From Ruminococcaceae bacterium UBA2854 (GTDB lineage: Bacteria > Bacillota > Clostridia > Oscillospirales > Acutalibacteraceae), in NCBI GenBank assembly GCA_002350765.1, contig DEFK01000024.1, positions 320 through 64,319 of the forward strand: a stretch of 64,000 bases of DNA, in the 5' to 3' direction. Positions 46,190-54,948 of the stretch are shown here, piece by piece. A program made the position numbers and the translations under genes. The notes below the pieces were generated by a model that saw only the letters and a list, made by a program, of their open reading frames with translations, made no database searches and was not told the origin of the DNA. Every line of letters begins with the position of its first letter. Position 1 is the stretch's first letter.

Positions 46190-46879
46190 TTATCCTTTTA
46201 CTATTGTTTCAAATGTTTCTAAATCTTCTATAGTAGTAATTTTAAAATTACGCTCGCTGCCTTCTACAAGACGAACCTTCATACCGTGTCTGTACGCAAT
46301 TTCACTGCTGCCCGCTGTAGAAGCGATTTCATCATCAGTAACGGAATCGTGGATATCGAGATACTTTTTAAAGTCAAAGCTTTCGGGAGCCTGTCCCGCG
46401 AAAAGCTCGGAACGCTTTAAAAGATGGTCGATTGATTTTCCGTCTTTACTCTGATAGATAGTGTCCTTAACAGAGATAACAGGCATAGCGCCGTCATCCT
46501 CAACAGCTCCGATAATACAATCCTTTATAATCTTATCGGAAACAAGCGGACGAGCCGCGTCGTGAATAATTACGACATTTGTATCAGGAGCGTTCTCCTT
46601 TGTGCATTTAAGACCGTTATAAATTGAATGCTGACGCGTTTGTCCCGCTGGAGCGTAACCGCATACCTTGCTGATACCGTACTTATCCACATTCTCGATA
46701 ACATAGTCTTTCCACTCGTCGCTGACAACGATAACTATTTTATCAATATCGCTGTGTTTCTCAAAGATTTCGAGGCAATAAACTATAATAGGTTTATCGT
46801 CAACTACCAGATACTGTTTAGGACGGTCAACACCCATTCTTGAGCCGACTCCGCCCGCGAGTATAATTGCTGTATTCAT
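46190..46879 (-). CDS. tarI: IspD-family cytidylyltransferase, probable D-ribitol-5-phosphate cytidylyltransferase (TarI-like)
   Basis: 229 aa. Has the ILAGGVGSRMG motif and is paired with a TarJ-like reductase. Confidence 0.8.
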   Translation of the reverse strand: MNTAIILAGGVGSRMGVDRPKQYLVVDDKPIIVYCLEIFEKHSDIDKIVIVVSDEWKDYVIENVDKYGISKVCGYAPAGQTRQHSIYNGLKCTKENAPDTNVVIIHDAARPLVSDKIIKDCIIGAVEDDGAMPVISVKDTIYQSKDGKSIDHLLKRSELFAGQAPESFDFKKYLDIHDSVTDDEIASTAGSSEIAYRHGMKVRLVEGSERNFKITTIEDLETFETIVKG

Positions 46880-46910
46880 AAACTACCTCCAAAGGTAATG
46901 CAGTCGAATT

Positions 46911-46939
46911 ATTGTACCATATTTAGCGTAATAAGTCAA
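46911..46939 (-). promoter_or_regulatory. candidate promoter for the tarI operon (TTGACT-17-TACAAT, TG-extended)
   Basis: On the minus strand, TTGACT (46939..46934), a 17 nt spacer ending in TGG, and TACAAT (46916..46911). Confidence 0.45.
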
Positions 46940-47063
46940 TTTTTTGTACATTATCTCAAAATAGACTTTTACACTATCGACTATACGGTTTAAGTATAAT
47001 ATTTATTGATTAAACTGTCAATTGTTGTAAAAAGAATGTAACTATTTATCGAATATTACGCAC

Positions 47064-47092
47064 TTGATTTAGTAAATGGTTTATGTTAATAT
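47064..47092 (+). promoter_or_regulatory. candidate promoter for the CPBP-tadA pair (TTGATT-17-TAATAT)
   Basis: On the plus strand, TTGATT (47064..47069), a 17 nt spacer and TAATAT (47087..47092). Confidence 0.4.
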
Positions 47093-47110
47093 TTTATTCG
47101 GAGTGATTTT

Positions 47111-48055
47111 ATGGAAACCAACATCAGATTAAAGCTCAAAAAAACAGCCAGCGGCATAGGATATTTCGTATTATCGATAATACTCGCGATGAACGTTTTA
47201 AGCGTTATACTTGCCGTACCCGCATATATGAGGGCGCCTGTGATAAGCAACTCTCTCCTATCGATTCTGCAATTAATCGCGTCGATAACGGGAATGTTTA
47301 TTATCGGCCTGTTTTACTGCTTACTATCTAAAACAAGCTTAAACGAGGTACTCCCGTTTAAAAAGGTAAAGCCCGATTTAATGATAAAAACCGTTGTTAT
47401 GGCTTTAGCTGTCGTGTTTGTAGCGAATTATCTAACCGATTATTTCGTACAGGGTATGTCGCTTTTCGGACTGCATAACAATGTATCAATGAGCTTCGAA
47501 TCACACAACGTGGTCGAAAACATTCTTTATATTATATCGGTAGCAATAATTCCCGCGTTAACCGAAGAATTCGCTTTTAGAGGAATTGTTCTTCAAAAAT
47601 TAAGAAAACACGGCGACGCTTACGCTATATTTATATCGGCGTTGCTTTTCGGACTTTTGCACGGAAACATAGTACAGATTCCGTTCGCGTTTACTGTCGG
47701 CATCGTGGCAGGTTTTATAACTATAAAAACAGGCTCTATTATCCCCGCGATTATAGTTCATTTTTTAAATAATCTATCAAGTGTTATTGTATCCATCATC
47801 AGTGAGAATAATTTATGCGATCCCGCTGTAACCGACGCTGTATACCTTATATTTGTAATAGTAATCTTTGTAGGCGGAATATTCTCATCCTACAGTTTAA
47901 GTAAAATAAAAGGATTTTTTAACCTTGAAGCTTACACCTTAATTCCATTTAAGGAAAGATTGAAACTTACCTTTTCATCAATCGGAATTATACTCGCGTT
48001 AATACTTATGAGCGCGGAAATAGTTTATTCATTAATACCTGCGTATGGAACTTGA
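47111..48055 (+). CDS. CPBP family intramembrane glutamic endopeptidase (CAAX protease/Abi)
   Basis: 314 aa polytopic membrane protein. Has EEFAFRG, the FGLLHG motif, and HFLNN. Confidence 0.88.
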   Translation: METNIRLKLKKTASGIGYFVLSIILAMNVLSVILAVPAYMRAPVISNSLLSILQLIASITGMFIIGLFYCLLSKTSLNEVLPFKKVKPDLMIKTVVMALAVVFVANYLTDYFVQGMSLFGLHNNVSMSFESHNVVENILYIISVAIIPALTEEFAFRGIVLQKLRKHGDAYAIFISALLFGLLHGNIVQIPFAFTVGIVAGFITIKTGSIIPAIIVHFLNNLSSVIVSIISENNLCDPAVTDAVYLIFVIVIFVGGIFSSYSLSKIKGFFNLEAYTLIPFKERLKLTFSSIGIILALILMSAEIVYSLIPAYGT

Positions 48056-48494
48056 ATATTATATGAACGAGGCTCTTAAACAGGCTGAAATCGCTTATGA
48101 ACTCGGCGAGATTCCTATTGGAGCCGTAATCACACAAAACGGTAAAATTATATCAACCGCTTACAACAGACGTGAAACGGGCAAAAACGCTCTTTATCAC
48201 GCAGAACTCGAAGCCATACATAAAGCCTGCGAAAAGCTCGGAGGCTGGCGGCTTTGGAACTGCGAGCTATTCGTAACCTTAGAGCCCTGCCCTATGTGCG
48301 CGGGAGCTATAGTAAATGCCAGAATACCAAAGGTGTACTTCGGAGCTTACGATAAGAAAAACGGAGCGTGCGGTTCGTATATGGATTTAATGAATACCGA
48401 AAACAATTTCCGTCCCGAGGTAACAGGCGGAATACTGGAGGATAAATGCTCCGAATTAATTAAAGATTTCTTTAAAAAACTAAGAAACAGCTGA
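48045..48494 (+). CDS. tadA: tRNA adenosine(34) deaminase
   Basis: Has the HAELEAI and PCPMCAGA Zn motifs. The start is either ATG 48045 or ATG 48063. Confidence 0.93.
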   Translation: MELEYYMNEALKQAEIAYELGEIPIGAVITQNGKIISTAYNRRETGKNALYHAELEAIHKACEKLGGWRLWNCELFVTLEPCPMCAGAIVNARIPKVYFGAYDKKNGACGSYMDLMNTENNFRPEVTGGILEDKCSELIKDFFKKLRNS

Positions 48495-48516
48495 AAATTC
48501 AGCTGTTTCTTTTTTA
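48483..48516. terminator. bidirectional intrinsic terminator between tadA and cca
   Basis: A 12-13 bp stem (AGAAACAGCUGAA/UUCAGCUGUUUCU) with U tracts available on both strands. The stem includes the tadA stop codon. Confidence 0.7.
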
Positions 48517-48552
48517 CCTTATAAGATTTGATTGATTGCGGCGGCTAGCCGA

Positions 48553-49914
48553 TTAATTGTAATTTTCCAATTCCTTATAAATCTCCAGGGCTTTTATCTT
48601 CAGCGAAACGCTTTCGTTTTCAATCGTTTCGTCAATAACCCTGTCAAGCAATATTTCGAGAATATCGCCGATAGCTTTTCCGTCGGTAATACCTAAATGG
48701 ATTAAGTCGGAGCCGTTTATCTTTAAATCACGGATTTTATAACAATCGTTCCTTTTTATAATGTTATCAAACGACGTTTCGGTTAAATCAAGATTATTGA
48801 GCTTAGCTTCCCGCATATACTTTGACTGAGCTAAAATATCCGCCCTCTGAACCTTTAACAATCTTCTGAAATTCTCTTCCCCTATTTTATTAAGTACGTG
48901 TTTAATCTGCTTTTGACTGCCTGTAAACCTTACGTCATGATACTCAATAAGAGTAACGGTATCCTCAATAAACTTTGTAGGATATTTCAGTCGTTTTAAA
49001 GCGGTTTTAGCGAGAACCGCGCCGAAATGATTGTGTCCCTTAAAATGGTCTATTCCGTTCGAGTCGGTTCTTAGCGCAAGCGGCTTACCGATATCGTGAA
49101 GCAGCATAACCATTCTTAATAGCTTATCAGGCTCGATATTAGCTACAGAGGCTGTTATATGACGCCACACGGTTTTATTATGGTGGGGATTATTCTGCGC
49201 GAAATCGAAGGTCGCTACAAGCTCGGGAATTAGTATCGCGATAATATCCTTATATCGCCTTAGTATAAAGTTTACATTTTTACCGCATAATATACCGTTA
49301 AGCTCAGAAGCTATACGCTCCATAGAAATATTATTAAGAAGCTTTTTGTTGCGTATAATCGAAATAGCGGTATTGCTCTCTATACTAAAGTTATATACAG
49401 ACGCGAATCTTAATCCTCTTAAAATTCTTAAAGCGTCCTCGTTAAAGCGTTCGTCAGGATTACCGACACATCTAAGCGCCATATATTTTAAATCTGTCTG
49501 TCCGTTAAAAGGATCGACAAATCCCTTGCTTTCATTATACGCCATAGCGTTAATGGTAAAATCACGCCTTGATAAATCTCTTACTATATCGTTTGTAAAT
49601 TCAACTTTGTCGGGATGACGGCAATCGTTATAATCGCCGTCTATCCTGTATGTAGTAATCTCGTAAACCTTTTTGTTTATAACAACGGCGATCGTACCGT
49701 GCTTTTCGCCGATAGAAATAATATGGAAGTTTTTAAAGCACTTCTTTATCTCGTCAGGTTTCGCGGGTGTAGTAATATCCCAGTCTTTCGGCTCGATACC
49801 CAAAATAGCGTCACGAACACAACCGCCTACAACATACGCGTCATAGCCGTTTTCCTCTAAGATATTGATAATGTAACGTACATCCTCGGGAAGCCTAATA
49901 GTCAATATTACCAC
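48553..49914 (-). CDS. cca: CCA tRNA nucleotidyltransferase with C-terminal HD domain
   Basis: 453 aa. Has GGCVRD, the RDFTINA motif and HD (LLHDIGK). The start is uncertain: the track uses GTG, while TTG 49905 follows the SD AAAGGTGG. Confidence 0.9.
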   Translation of the reverse strand: MVILTIRLPEDVRYIINILEENGYDAYVVGGCVRDAILGIEPKDWDITTPAKPDEIKKCFKNFHIISIGEKHGTIAVVINKKVYEITTYRIDGDYNDCRHPDKVEFTNDIVRDLSRRDFTINAMAYNESKGFVDPFNGQTDLKYMALRCVGNPDERFNEDALRILRGLRFASVYNFSIESNTAISIIRNKKLLNNISMERIASELNGILCGKNVNFILRRYKDIIAILIPELVATFDFAQNNPHHNKTVWRHITASVANIEPDKLLRMVMLLHDIGKPLALRTDSNGIDHFKGHNHFGAVLAKTALKRLKYPTKFIEDTVTLIEYHDVRFTGSQKQIKHVLNKIGEENFRRLLKVQRADILAQSKYMREAKLNNLDLTETSFDNIIKRNDCYKIRDLKINGSDLIHLGITDGKAIGDILEILLDRVIDETIENESVSLKIKALEIYKELENYN

Positions 49915-49955
49915 CTTTTAAAATTATAGCATATATAATGGGATTTGAAAAGCTT

Positions 49956-50369
49956 TTATATATTTGAGAGATAATTTTTTATTAACTCGTTATTCTCCGC
50001 AGAAAGCCTTTTTAAATAAATAAAATATAAAACTTCAGCAACTATTATAGCGGACGGAAGAATTACACCACTAAAGCCTTTTAAAACTATCGCCGCGATA
50101 AGACTCTCGAGAGCGAACACAAACAGTATTCCGAGCAATATTATAACATAATTAGAAGCTCTGAATCCTCCGTTAAGCTCATCTCCGCTTATCTTACCGT
50201 AAAAATACTGCGACATAAAAGCGGAATGCTTTCCGTAATCATCCTCGATAAACAATACGATTTTATCGCCTTTTATTTCTCCCGATAATCTCTTGCCGCT
50301 TTGCAAATATTTATTTTTTAAATCCTTTTTAACAGTTGATGTAAAATCTTCATTTACGGTAAAACGCAT
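49956..50369 (-). CDS. hypothetical small membrane protein (two predicted TM helices)
   Basis: 137 aa. AAGGAG SD, starts 12 nt after the ATPase stop. No motif I recognise. Confidence 0.6.
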   Translation of the reverse strand: MRFTVNEDFTSTVKKDLKNKYLQSGKRLSGEIKGDKIVLFIEDDYGKHSAFMSQYFYGKISGDELNGGFRASNYVIILLGILFVFALESLIAAIVLKGFSGVILPSAIIVAEVLYFIYLKRLSAENNELIKNYLSNI

Positions 50370-50381
50370 TTGGAAAACTCC

Positions 50382-52700
50382 TTACTTAATTCTGTTTATC
50401 CTACAGCTGAGAGTATAAACTATATTATATACTACGACAGATACCGCCGCAAGTATAATTAAAAGCGTAAACGCAAACGGATTAAGAGGAACAATATTCA
50501 ATAATCCTCTGAACACGTTTATACAAAACGCAAGACCTACGGTAATAAATATGATTAAAGCGCATCTTAAAGCGTTAAGAGGTATAGACAGTCTGATTAC
50601 CATCATAACGCCGACTAAAGACGTAAGTATAACCGCCATTGACGAAAATTGCTCGTAGCTGTAGTTATTACTAAAGAATATTAACGTAAATATGTTAAGA
50701 ACAACCATAAGCGACGCGGGCCATGCTCTTATAATTACATTCTTTATAAACTTACCCTGTATCCTGTTATGGTTAGGCTGTAGAGCCAGGACGAATGACG
50801 GGATACCGATTGTAAAAGCGCTTATAAGCGACATCTGTAAAGGCTGGAATGGATAGTTTATATTTACGATTACAAACGTCAGCGCCAGTATCATAGAGTA
50901 AATAGTCTTAACGATAAACAGAGAAGCGCTTCGCTGGATATTGTTTATAGAACGCCTGCCCTCGGCTACAACCTTCGGCATAGAAGCGAAATCATCGTCA
51001 GCTAAAACAAGCTGAGAAATATTCTTCGCCGCGTCCGAGCCCGATGCTATAGCAACGCTGCAATCAGCTTCTTTAAGAGCTAAAACGTCGTTAACGCCGT
51101 CGCCTGTCATCGCGACAGTATGACCGTTTTTCTTTAACGCTTCTACAAATTTCTTTTTCTGCTGAGGCGTAACGCGTCCGAATACGACGTTTTCCTCAAT
51201 CGCTTTATCCAGTTCCTCGTCGGACGTGATTTTCGATACATCAACGGCGTTATGAGCGTCGGGTACTCCTACAGACTGAGCTATTCTCATAACGGTTTTA
51301 TCATTATCGCCCGATATAATTTTAAGCTTTACGCCCTGGTCGTTAAAGAATTTTATAGTTTCGTCGGCGTTATCTCTTACTTTATCCTTAATAAGAATAA
51401 GCGCCAGCGGTTTAATATTTTCAGGTAAGGTTTCATTATCCTCGAATTCAGATTCGCTTACGCCTAATGAAATAACCCTCAGAGTATCGTCAATTTTAGA
51501 AATCTTATCGAATAATTCCTTTTCGGAATTATCATAAATACACTCCGCAGCTCCGATAATGTAGGATTTATTGTCGGACAGTCTTGCTCCCGACCACTTT
51601 TTCTCGGAGGAAAAAGGAATTACATCTTTAGCCTCAATAGCGCCGCAATCAATATAATCATTAATAGCGTTAATGGTAGAGTTATTGTCGATTGACGACT
51701 CTGCTAAGGATTTTAATATTTTATTTATGTATTCTTTATCATTATTAAAACAGTCGATTTCAACTACTTCGAGATCACCTGTAGTAATCGTACCTGTTTT
51801 ATCAAGACACAATACATCAACTCTAGCGAGAGTTTCTATACAGAACAACTGCTGTACAAGCACATTCTGACGCGATAGTCTTATTACCGATACCGCGAGA
51901 ACGGTACTTGTCAGAAGAATCAATCCTTCGGGTATCATTCCTATAAGCGCGGCTACAATAGTAATAATAGTTTTATTAAACGCTTCGTGATTAAAACAAT
52001 ACTGATTTATAAACAGCGCTATCCCTACAGGGAAAATCGCTATTGTACAGAATCTTATTATTTTATTAAGCGTGTACATAATTTCGGAATTAATCTTTTT
52101 ATGATATGTAGCTTCCTGCTGGATTCTCGAAGCGTAGCTATTCTCGCCTACATTAATAACCTTTGCGTACACAGTGCCTGCTGATATAAAGCTTCCCGAT
52201 AACAGCTTATCGCCTATATTCTTTTCAATACGGTCGCTCTCACCTGTCAGCAGGCTTTCGTTCACGAAACAGAATCCGTCAATAATCTCACAGTCACAGG
52301 GAATTTGTAAACCTGATTTCAGAATTATTACGTCATCCTTTACGATTTCGTTCATATTGATATTTCGTATCTCGCCGTTTCTTACGACATCAATATTTGT
52401 AGACACAACTATAGAAAGCTTATCAACAGCTCTTTTGGAACGAATCTCCTGAACTATTCCGATAATAACATTACAAACTACCACGCCGACAAAAAGCATA
52501 TTTTTATACGAGCCGACTAAAAGCAATAACAGCAATAAAAATAAGTTTAAGAAGTTAAATAATGTTAATGTATTATCAGCGATAATCCTTTTTATAGTTT
52601 TCGATTTAGAATCGCTTTCTTTATTAACAAGCCCTTCGCTTATTCTTTTTTCTACTTCATCGTCCGAAAGAGAAAGATTAATAATGTTTTCGTTAAGCAT
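50382..52700 (-). CDS. cation-translocating P-type ATPase (P2-like, PEGL motif)
   Basis: 772 aa. Has TGES, IPEGL, DKTGTIT, and TGDGVNDVLALKEAD. Confidence 0.9.
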   Translation of the reverse strand: MLNENIINLSLSDDEVEKRISEGLVNKESDSKSKTIKRIIADNTLTLFNFLNLFLLLLLLLVGSYKNMLFVGVVVCNVIIGIVQEIRSKRAVDKLSIVVSTNIDVVRNGEIRNINMNEIVKDDVIILKSGLQIPCDCEIIDGFCFVNESLLTGESDRIEKNIGDKLLSGSFISAGTVYAKVINVGENSYASRIQQEATYHKKINSEIMYTLNKIIRFCTIAIFPVGIALFINQYCFNHEAFNKTIITIVAALIGMIPEGLILLTSTVLAVSVIRLSRQNVLVQQLFCIETLARVDVLCLDKTGTITTGDLEVVEIDCFNNDKEYINKILKSLAESSIDNNSTINAINDYIDCGAIEAKDVIPFSSEKKWSGARLSDNKSYIIGAAECIYDNSEKELFDKISKIDDTLRVISLGVSESEFEDNETLPENIKPLALILIKDKVRDNADETIKFFNDQGVKLKIISGDNDKTVMRIAQSVGVPDAHNAVDVSKITSDEELDKAIEENVVFGRVTPQQKKKFVEALKKNGHTVAMTGDGVNDVLALKEADCSVAIASGSDAAKNISQLVLADDDFASMPKVVAEGRRSINNIQRSASLFIVKTIYSMILALTFVIVNINYPFQPLQMSLISAFTIGIPSFVLALQPNHNRIQGKFIKNVIIRAWPASLMVVLNIFTLIFFSNNYSYEQFSSMAVILTSLVGVMMVIRLSIPLNALRCALIIFITVGLAFCINVFRGLLNIVPLNPFAFTLLIILAAVSVVVYNIVYTLSCRINRIK

Positions 52701-52875
52701 TTATTCAATTTCCTTTCCGTACTAATACATTTATTAAAATATATGGTAAATCCGTTTTATTTACTGTATTTTAAAAGCTATTCATAACAAATATTTTTCT
52801 TGATTTCTTATTACCATAATATTATACACTATTTTTTCAAAAAATAATAGTACCAAATAAAAAGGAGGTGAACAA

Positions 52876-53880
52876 ATGTCAAAAAATGTAAAAAACAGAA
52901 TTATGCCAACAATTCTTGTTATTATTTTTTCCGTATTAATTTGTATAATTCCGGTATCCGCGAAAACTAAAGAGGTAATTATTGGCGGCGAGCCTTTCGG
53001 GTTAAAGCTATACTGCAAGGGTGTTATGATAACGAATTTCGAGAGTTTTATATCAGACGGAGTAAAAGTATGTCCCGCAAAGAAATCGGGACTTAGAATA
53101 AACGATATAATATTAAAAGCTGATAATAAGGAAGTAAATACTAACGAAAGGCTTATTAATATTATAAAAAACTCAAAGTGTAAACCTGTTAAACTAACGA
53201 TATTAAGAAATAATAAAAACTTATGTATTGAAGTAAAACCAGCTCATAATTCTAAAAAGGAATATTATATTGGAGTTTGGGTTCGAGACAGCTGCGCGGG
53301 TATAGGAACAATAAGCTATTATAACCCCGATAATAAAACCTACGGAGCGCTTGGTCACGGAATATGCGATATAGATACGGGAGCGATAATGCCGAGCACT
53401 AAGGGTGATGTTTTAAAAGCGGATATTACCAATATAGAAAAGAGCAGTAACAATAATATAGGAAGTCTTTGCGGCTACTTTACCGAAAAAGAAATCGGCG
53501 ATATAAAAATAAACTCCCCTCTCGGACTTTACGGAAGTACAAAATGCGTTATAAAAAAACTCGGTAGAATAACAGTAGCCGAGAAGTCAAAATTAAAAAA
53601 AGGTAACGCGAAAATCCTGACTACAATTAACGGAACAGAGCCGAAATATTATAACGTCGAAATTACGGATATTTGTAATTATTATAAGAATTCAAACCGA
53701 AATTTCGTGATAAAAATAACGGATAAAAGGCTTTTAAGTAAAACAGGCGGAATCGTTCAGGGTATGAGCGGAAGTCCGATTATACAGGACAACAAATTCA
53801 CGGGAGCGCTTACACATGTATTTTTAGAGGATTGCAAAAAGGGTTACTGTGTTTTAGCTGAGAATATGGTCAATAATTAA
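52876..53880 (+). CDS. spoIVB: SpoIVB peptidase (S55)
   Basis: 334 aa. Has a signal anchor, a PDZ domain, the catalytic residues GALGH...GMSGSPI, and an AAAGGAGGTG SD. Confidence 0.9.
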   Translation: MSKNVKNRIMPTILVIIFSVLICIIPVSAKTKEVIIGGEPFGLKLYCKGVMITNFESFISDGVKVCPAKKSGLRINDIILKADNKEVNTNERLINIIKNSKCKPVKLTILRNNKNLCIEVKPAHNSKKEYYIGVWVRDSCAGIGTISYYNPDNKTYGALGHGICDIDTGAIMPSTKGDVLKADITNIEKSSNNNIGSLCGYFTEKEIGDIKINSPLGLYGSTKCVIKKLGRITVAEKSKLKKGNAKILTTINGTEPKYYNVEITDICNYYKNSNRNFVIKITDKRLLSKTGGIVQGMSGSPIIQDNKFTGALTHVFLEDCKKGYCVLAENMVNN

Positions 53881-53882
53881 AC

Positions 53883-53900
53883 GTCCGCCTTCGGGCGGAC
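53883..53900 (+). terminator. GC hairpin after spoIVB (UUCG loop, no U tract)
   Basis: GUCCGCC-UUCG-GGCGGAC directly after the stop codon. It is followed by CUACAUAAAA, so it is at best a weak terminator or a 3' stabiliser. Confidence 0.4.
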
Positions 53901-53909
53901 TACATAAAA

Positions 53910-53929
53910 TGTCGATATATAGTGTCGTA
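53910..53929 (+). promoter_or_regulatory. two Spo0A-box-like heptamers upstream of spo0A
   Basis: TGTCGAT (53910..53916) and TGTCGTA (53923..53929) each match the 0A box TGNCGAA at 6 of 7 positions, in direct orientation. Confidence 0.35.
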
Positions 53930-54080
53930 ATTAGAAATTTAATACAATATATTGTAGTTTTATATAATATAATACACCTGCAAAAAATATTTTTAAAAAA
54001 GTTTTTTGGAAACTATTGCCAATTTTGCCAACTTATGGTAGTATTAATTCGTAAAACAAAATCTTACGGAGGTAATTAAT

Positions 54081-54848
54081 ATGAATGATAGTTTAAAGGT
54101 GATTATTACAGAGGATAAAAATACGCTGTCCGCGGAGAATTTAAGCGTGTTCGAGGAGTATAATATCTCTCCCCTGTTTTGTACGAAGGATGGCGAGGAG
54201 CTTTTGTTAAAGATAATCAGCGAAGAGCCTGACGCTGTAATAATGGATTTATTTATGACAAGATTGGACGCGCTCGGAGTTATGCGTGAGGTTAAGAAAA
54301 AGGATATTAATGAACCGCTTATGATTGTTGCGGCGTCGTTCTCAAGCGAAGCGTTGGAGAGGGAAATTATGAACGGAGGCGCGAGCTATTACGCCTTAAA
54401 GCCGTATAATTTAGACGCGATTTGCGAGGATATTGTAACTTTACTTGATAAATCTAAAGATAATTACAATTCAAGAAGATTCTTCGACGCTTTCGGTATC
54501 GAGGTTAAGGTAACTGAAATACTGCACGAGATCGGCGTACCGGCGCATATTAAGGGATATAACTATCTTAGAGATTCTATTATAATGTCTATAGAAAATC
54601 CCGATATTATTAACGCTGTAACAAAGCAGCTTTATCCCGGGGTAGCGAAGAAGTACGAAACGACCTCATCGAGAGTAGAAAGAGCTATCCGCCACGCTAT
54701 AGAGGTAGCCTGGGACAGAGGCGATGTAGATGTACTTAATTCTTATTTCGGTTATACAATACATAACGACAGAGGAAAGCCTACAAACAGCGAGTTTATC
54801 GCTATGATAGCTGATAAGCTCAGACTACAGATTAAAAACGCAAGCTAA
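54081..54848 (+). CDS. spo0A: sporulation master regulator Spo0A
   Basis: 255 aa. Has a receiver domain plus the unmistakable Spo0A C-domain ([49 protein letters not shown]). Confidence 0.95.
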   Translation: MNDSLKVIITEDKNTLSAENLSVFEEYNISPLFCTKDGEELLLKIISEEPDAVIMDLFMTRLDALGVMREVKKKDINEPLMIVAASFSSEALEREIMNGGASYYALKPYNLDAICEDIVTLLDKSKDNYNSRRFFDAFGIEVKVTEILHEIGVPAHIKGYNYLRDSIIMSIENPDIINAVTKQLYPGVAKKYETTSSRVERAIRHAIEVAWDRGDVDVLNSYFGYTIHNDRGKPTNSEFIAMIADKLRLQIKNAS

Positions 54849-54865
54849 TCTGCCTTATATATTTA

Positions 54866-54900
54866 AAGAACCCGCTCTTTAATTAGGACGGGTTCTTTAC
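54866..54900 (+). terminator. terminator-like hairpin after spo0A
   Basis: AAGAACCCG-14 nt-CGGGUUCUU followed by UACUUAUU. Confidence 0.5.
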
Positions 54901-54948
54901 TTATTCTATTATTTATGATAAAATTTTTATGAAATAGGGTGAGTAATT

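Noticed and set aside
42655-46879. The ribitol-phosphate module considered as a horizontally acquired island.
   Set aside because: I see no compositional shift by eye, no flanking repeats, no tRNA, and no integrase or transposase. It is co-oriented and tightly joined to core genes.
52701-52875. Possible riboswitch (for example an M-box) or forespore sigma-F/sigma-G promoter in the divergent ATPase/spoIVB intergenic region.
   Set aside because: The sequence is very AT-rich and lacks the GC-rich conserved cores of the M-box. CATAATA resembles a sigma-G -10, but no acceptable -35 lies at 17-18 nt. The support is not strong enough to report.
52782-53018. 78-aa minus-strand ORF overlapping the spoIVB start.
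   Set aside because: It overlaps the strong spoIVB SD and start, has no SD of its own, and its hydrophobic, AT-driven composition points to a chance ORF in an AT-rich intergenic region.
53943-53956. TACAATATATTGTA considered as a CopY/BlaI-type TACA..TGTA box controlling copA.
   Set aside because: The spacing differs from the cop box (TACAnnTGTA). It also lies about 1 kb upstream of copA, with the whole spo0A gene and a terminator in between. I kept it only as part of the spo0A upstream finding.
53909-54079. 56-codon ORF (MSIYSVVIRNLIQYIVVLYNIIHLQK...) that spans the whole spoIVB-spo0A intergenic region and stops 1 nt before the spo0A ATG.
   Set aside because: There is no SD before its ATG, and it overlaps the predicted promoter and operator motifs. 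Being stop-free over 171 AT-rich nt is mildly surprising, so I cannot fully exclude a small upstream peptide. Ribosome profiling would settle it.
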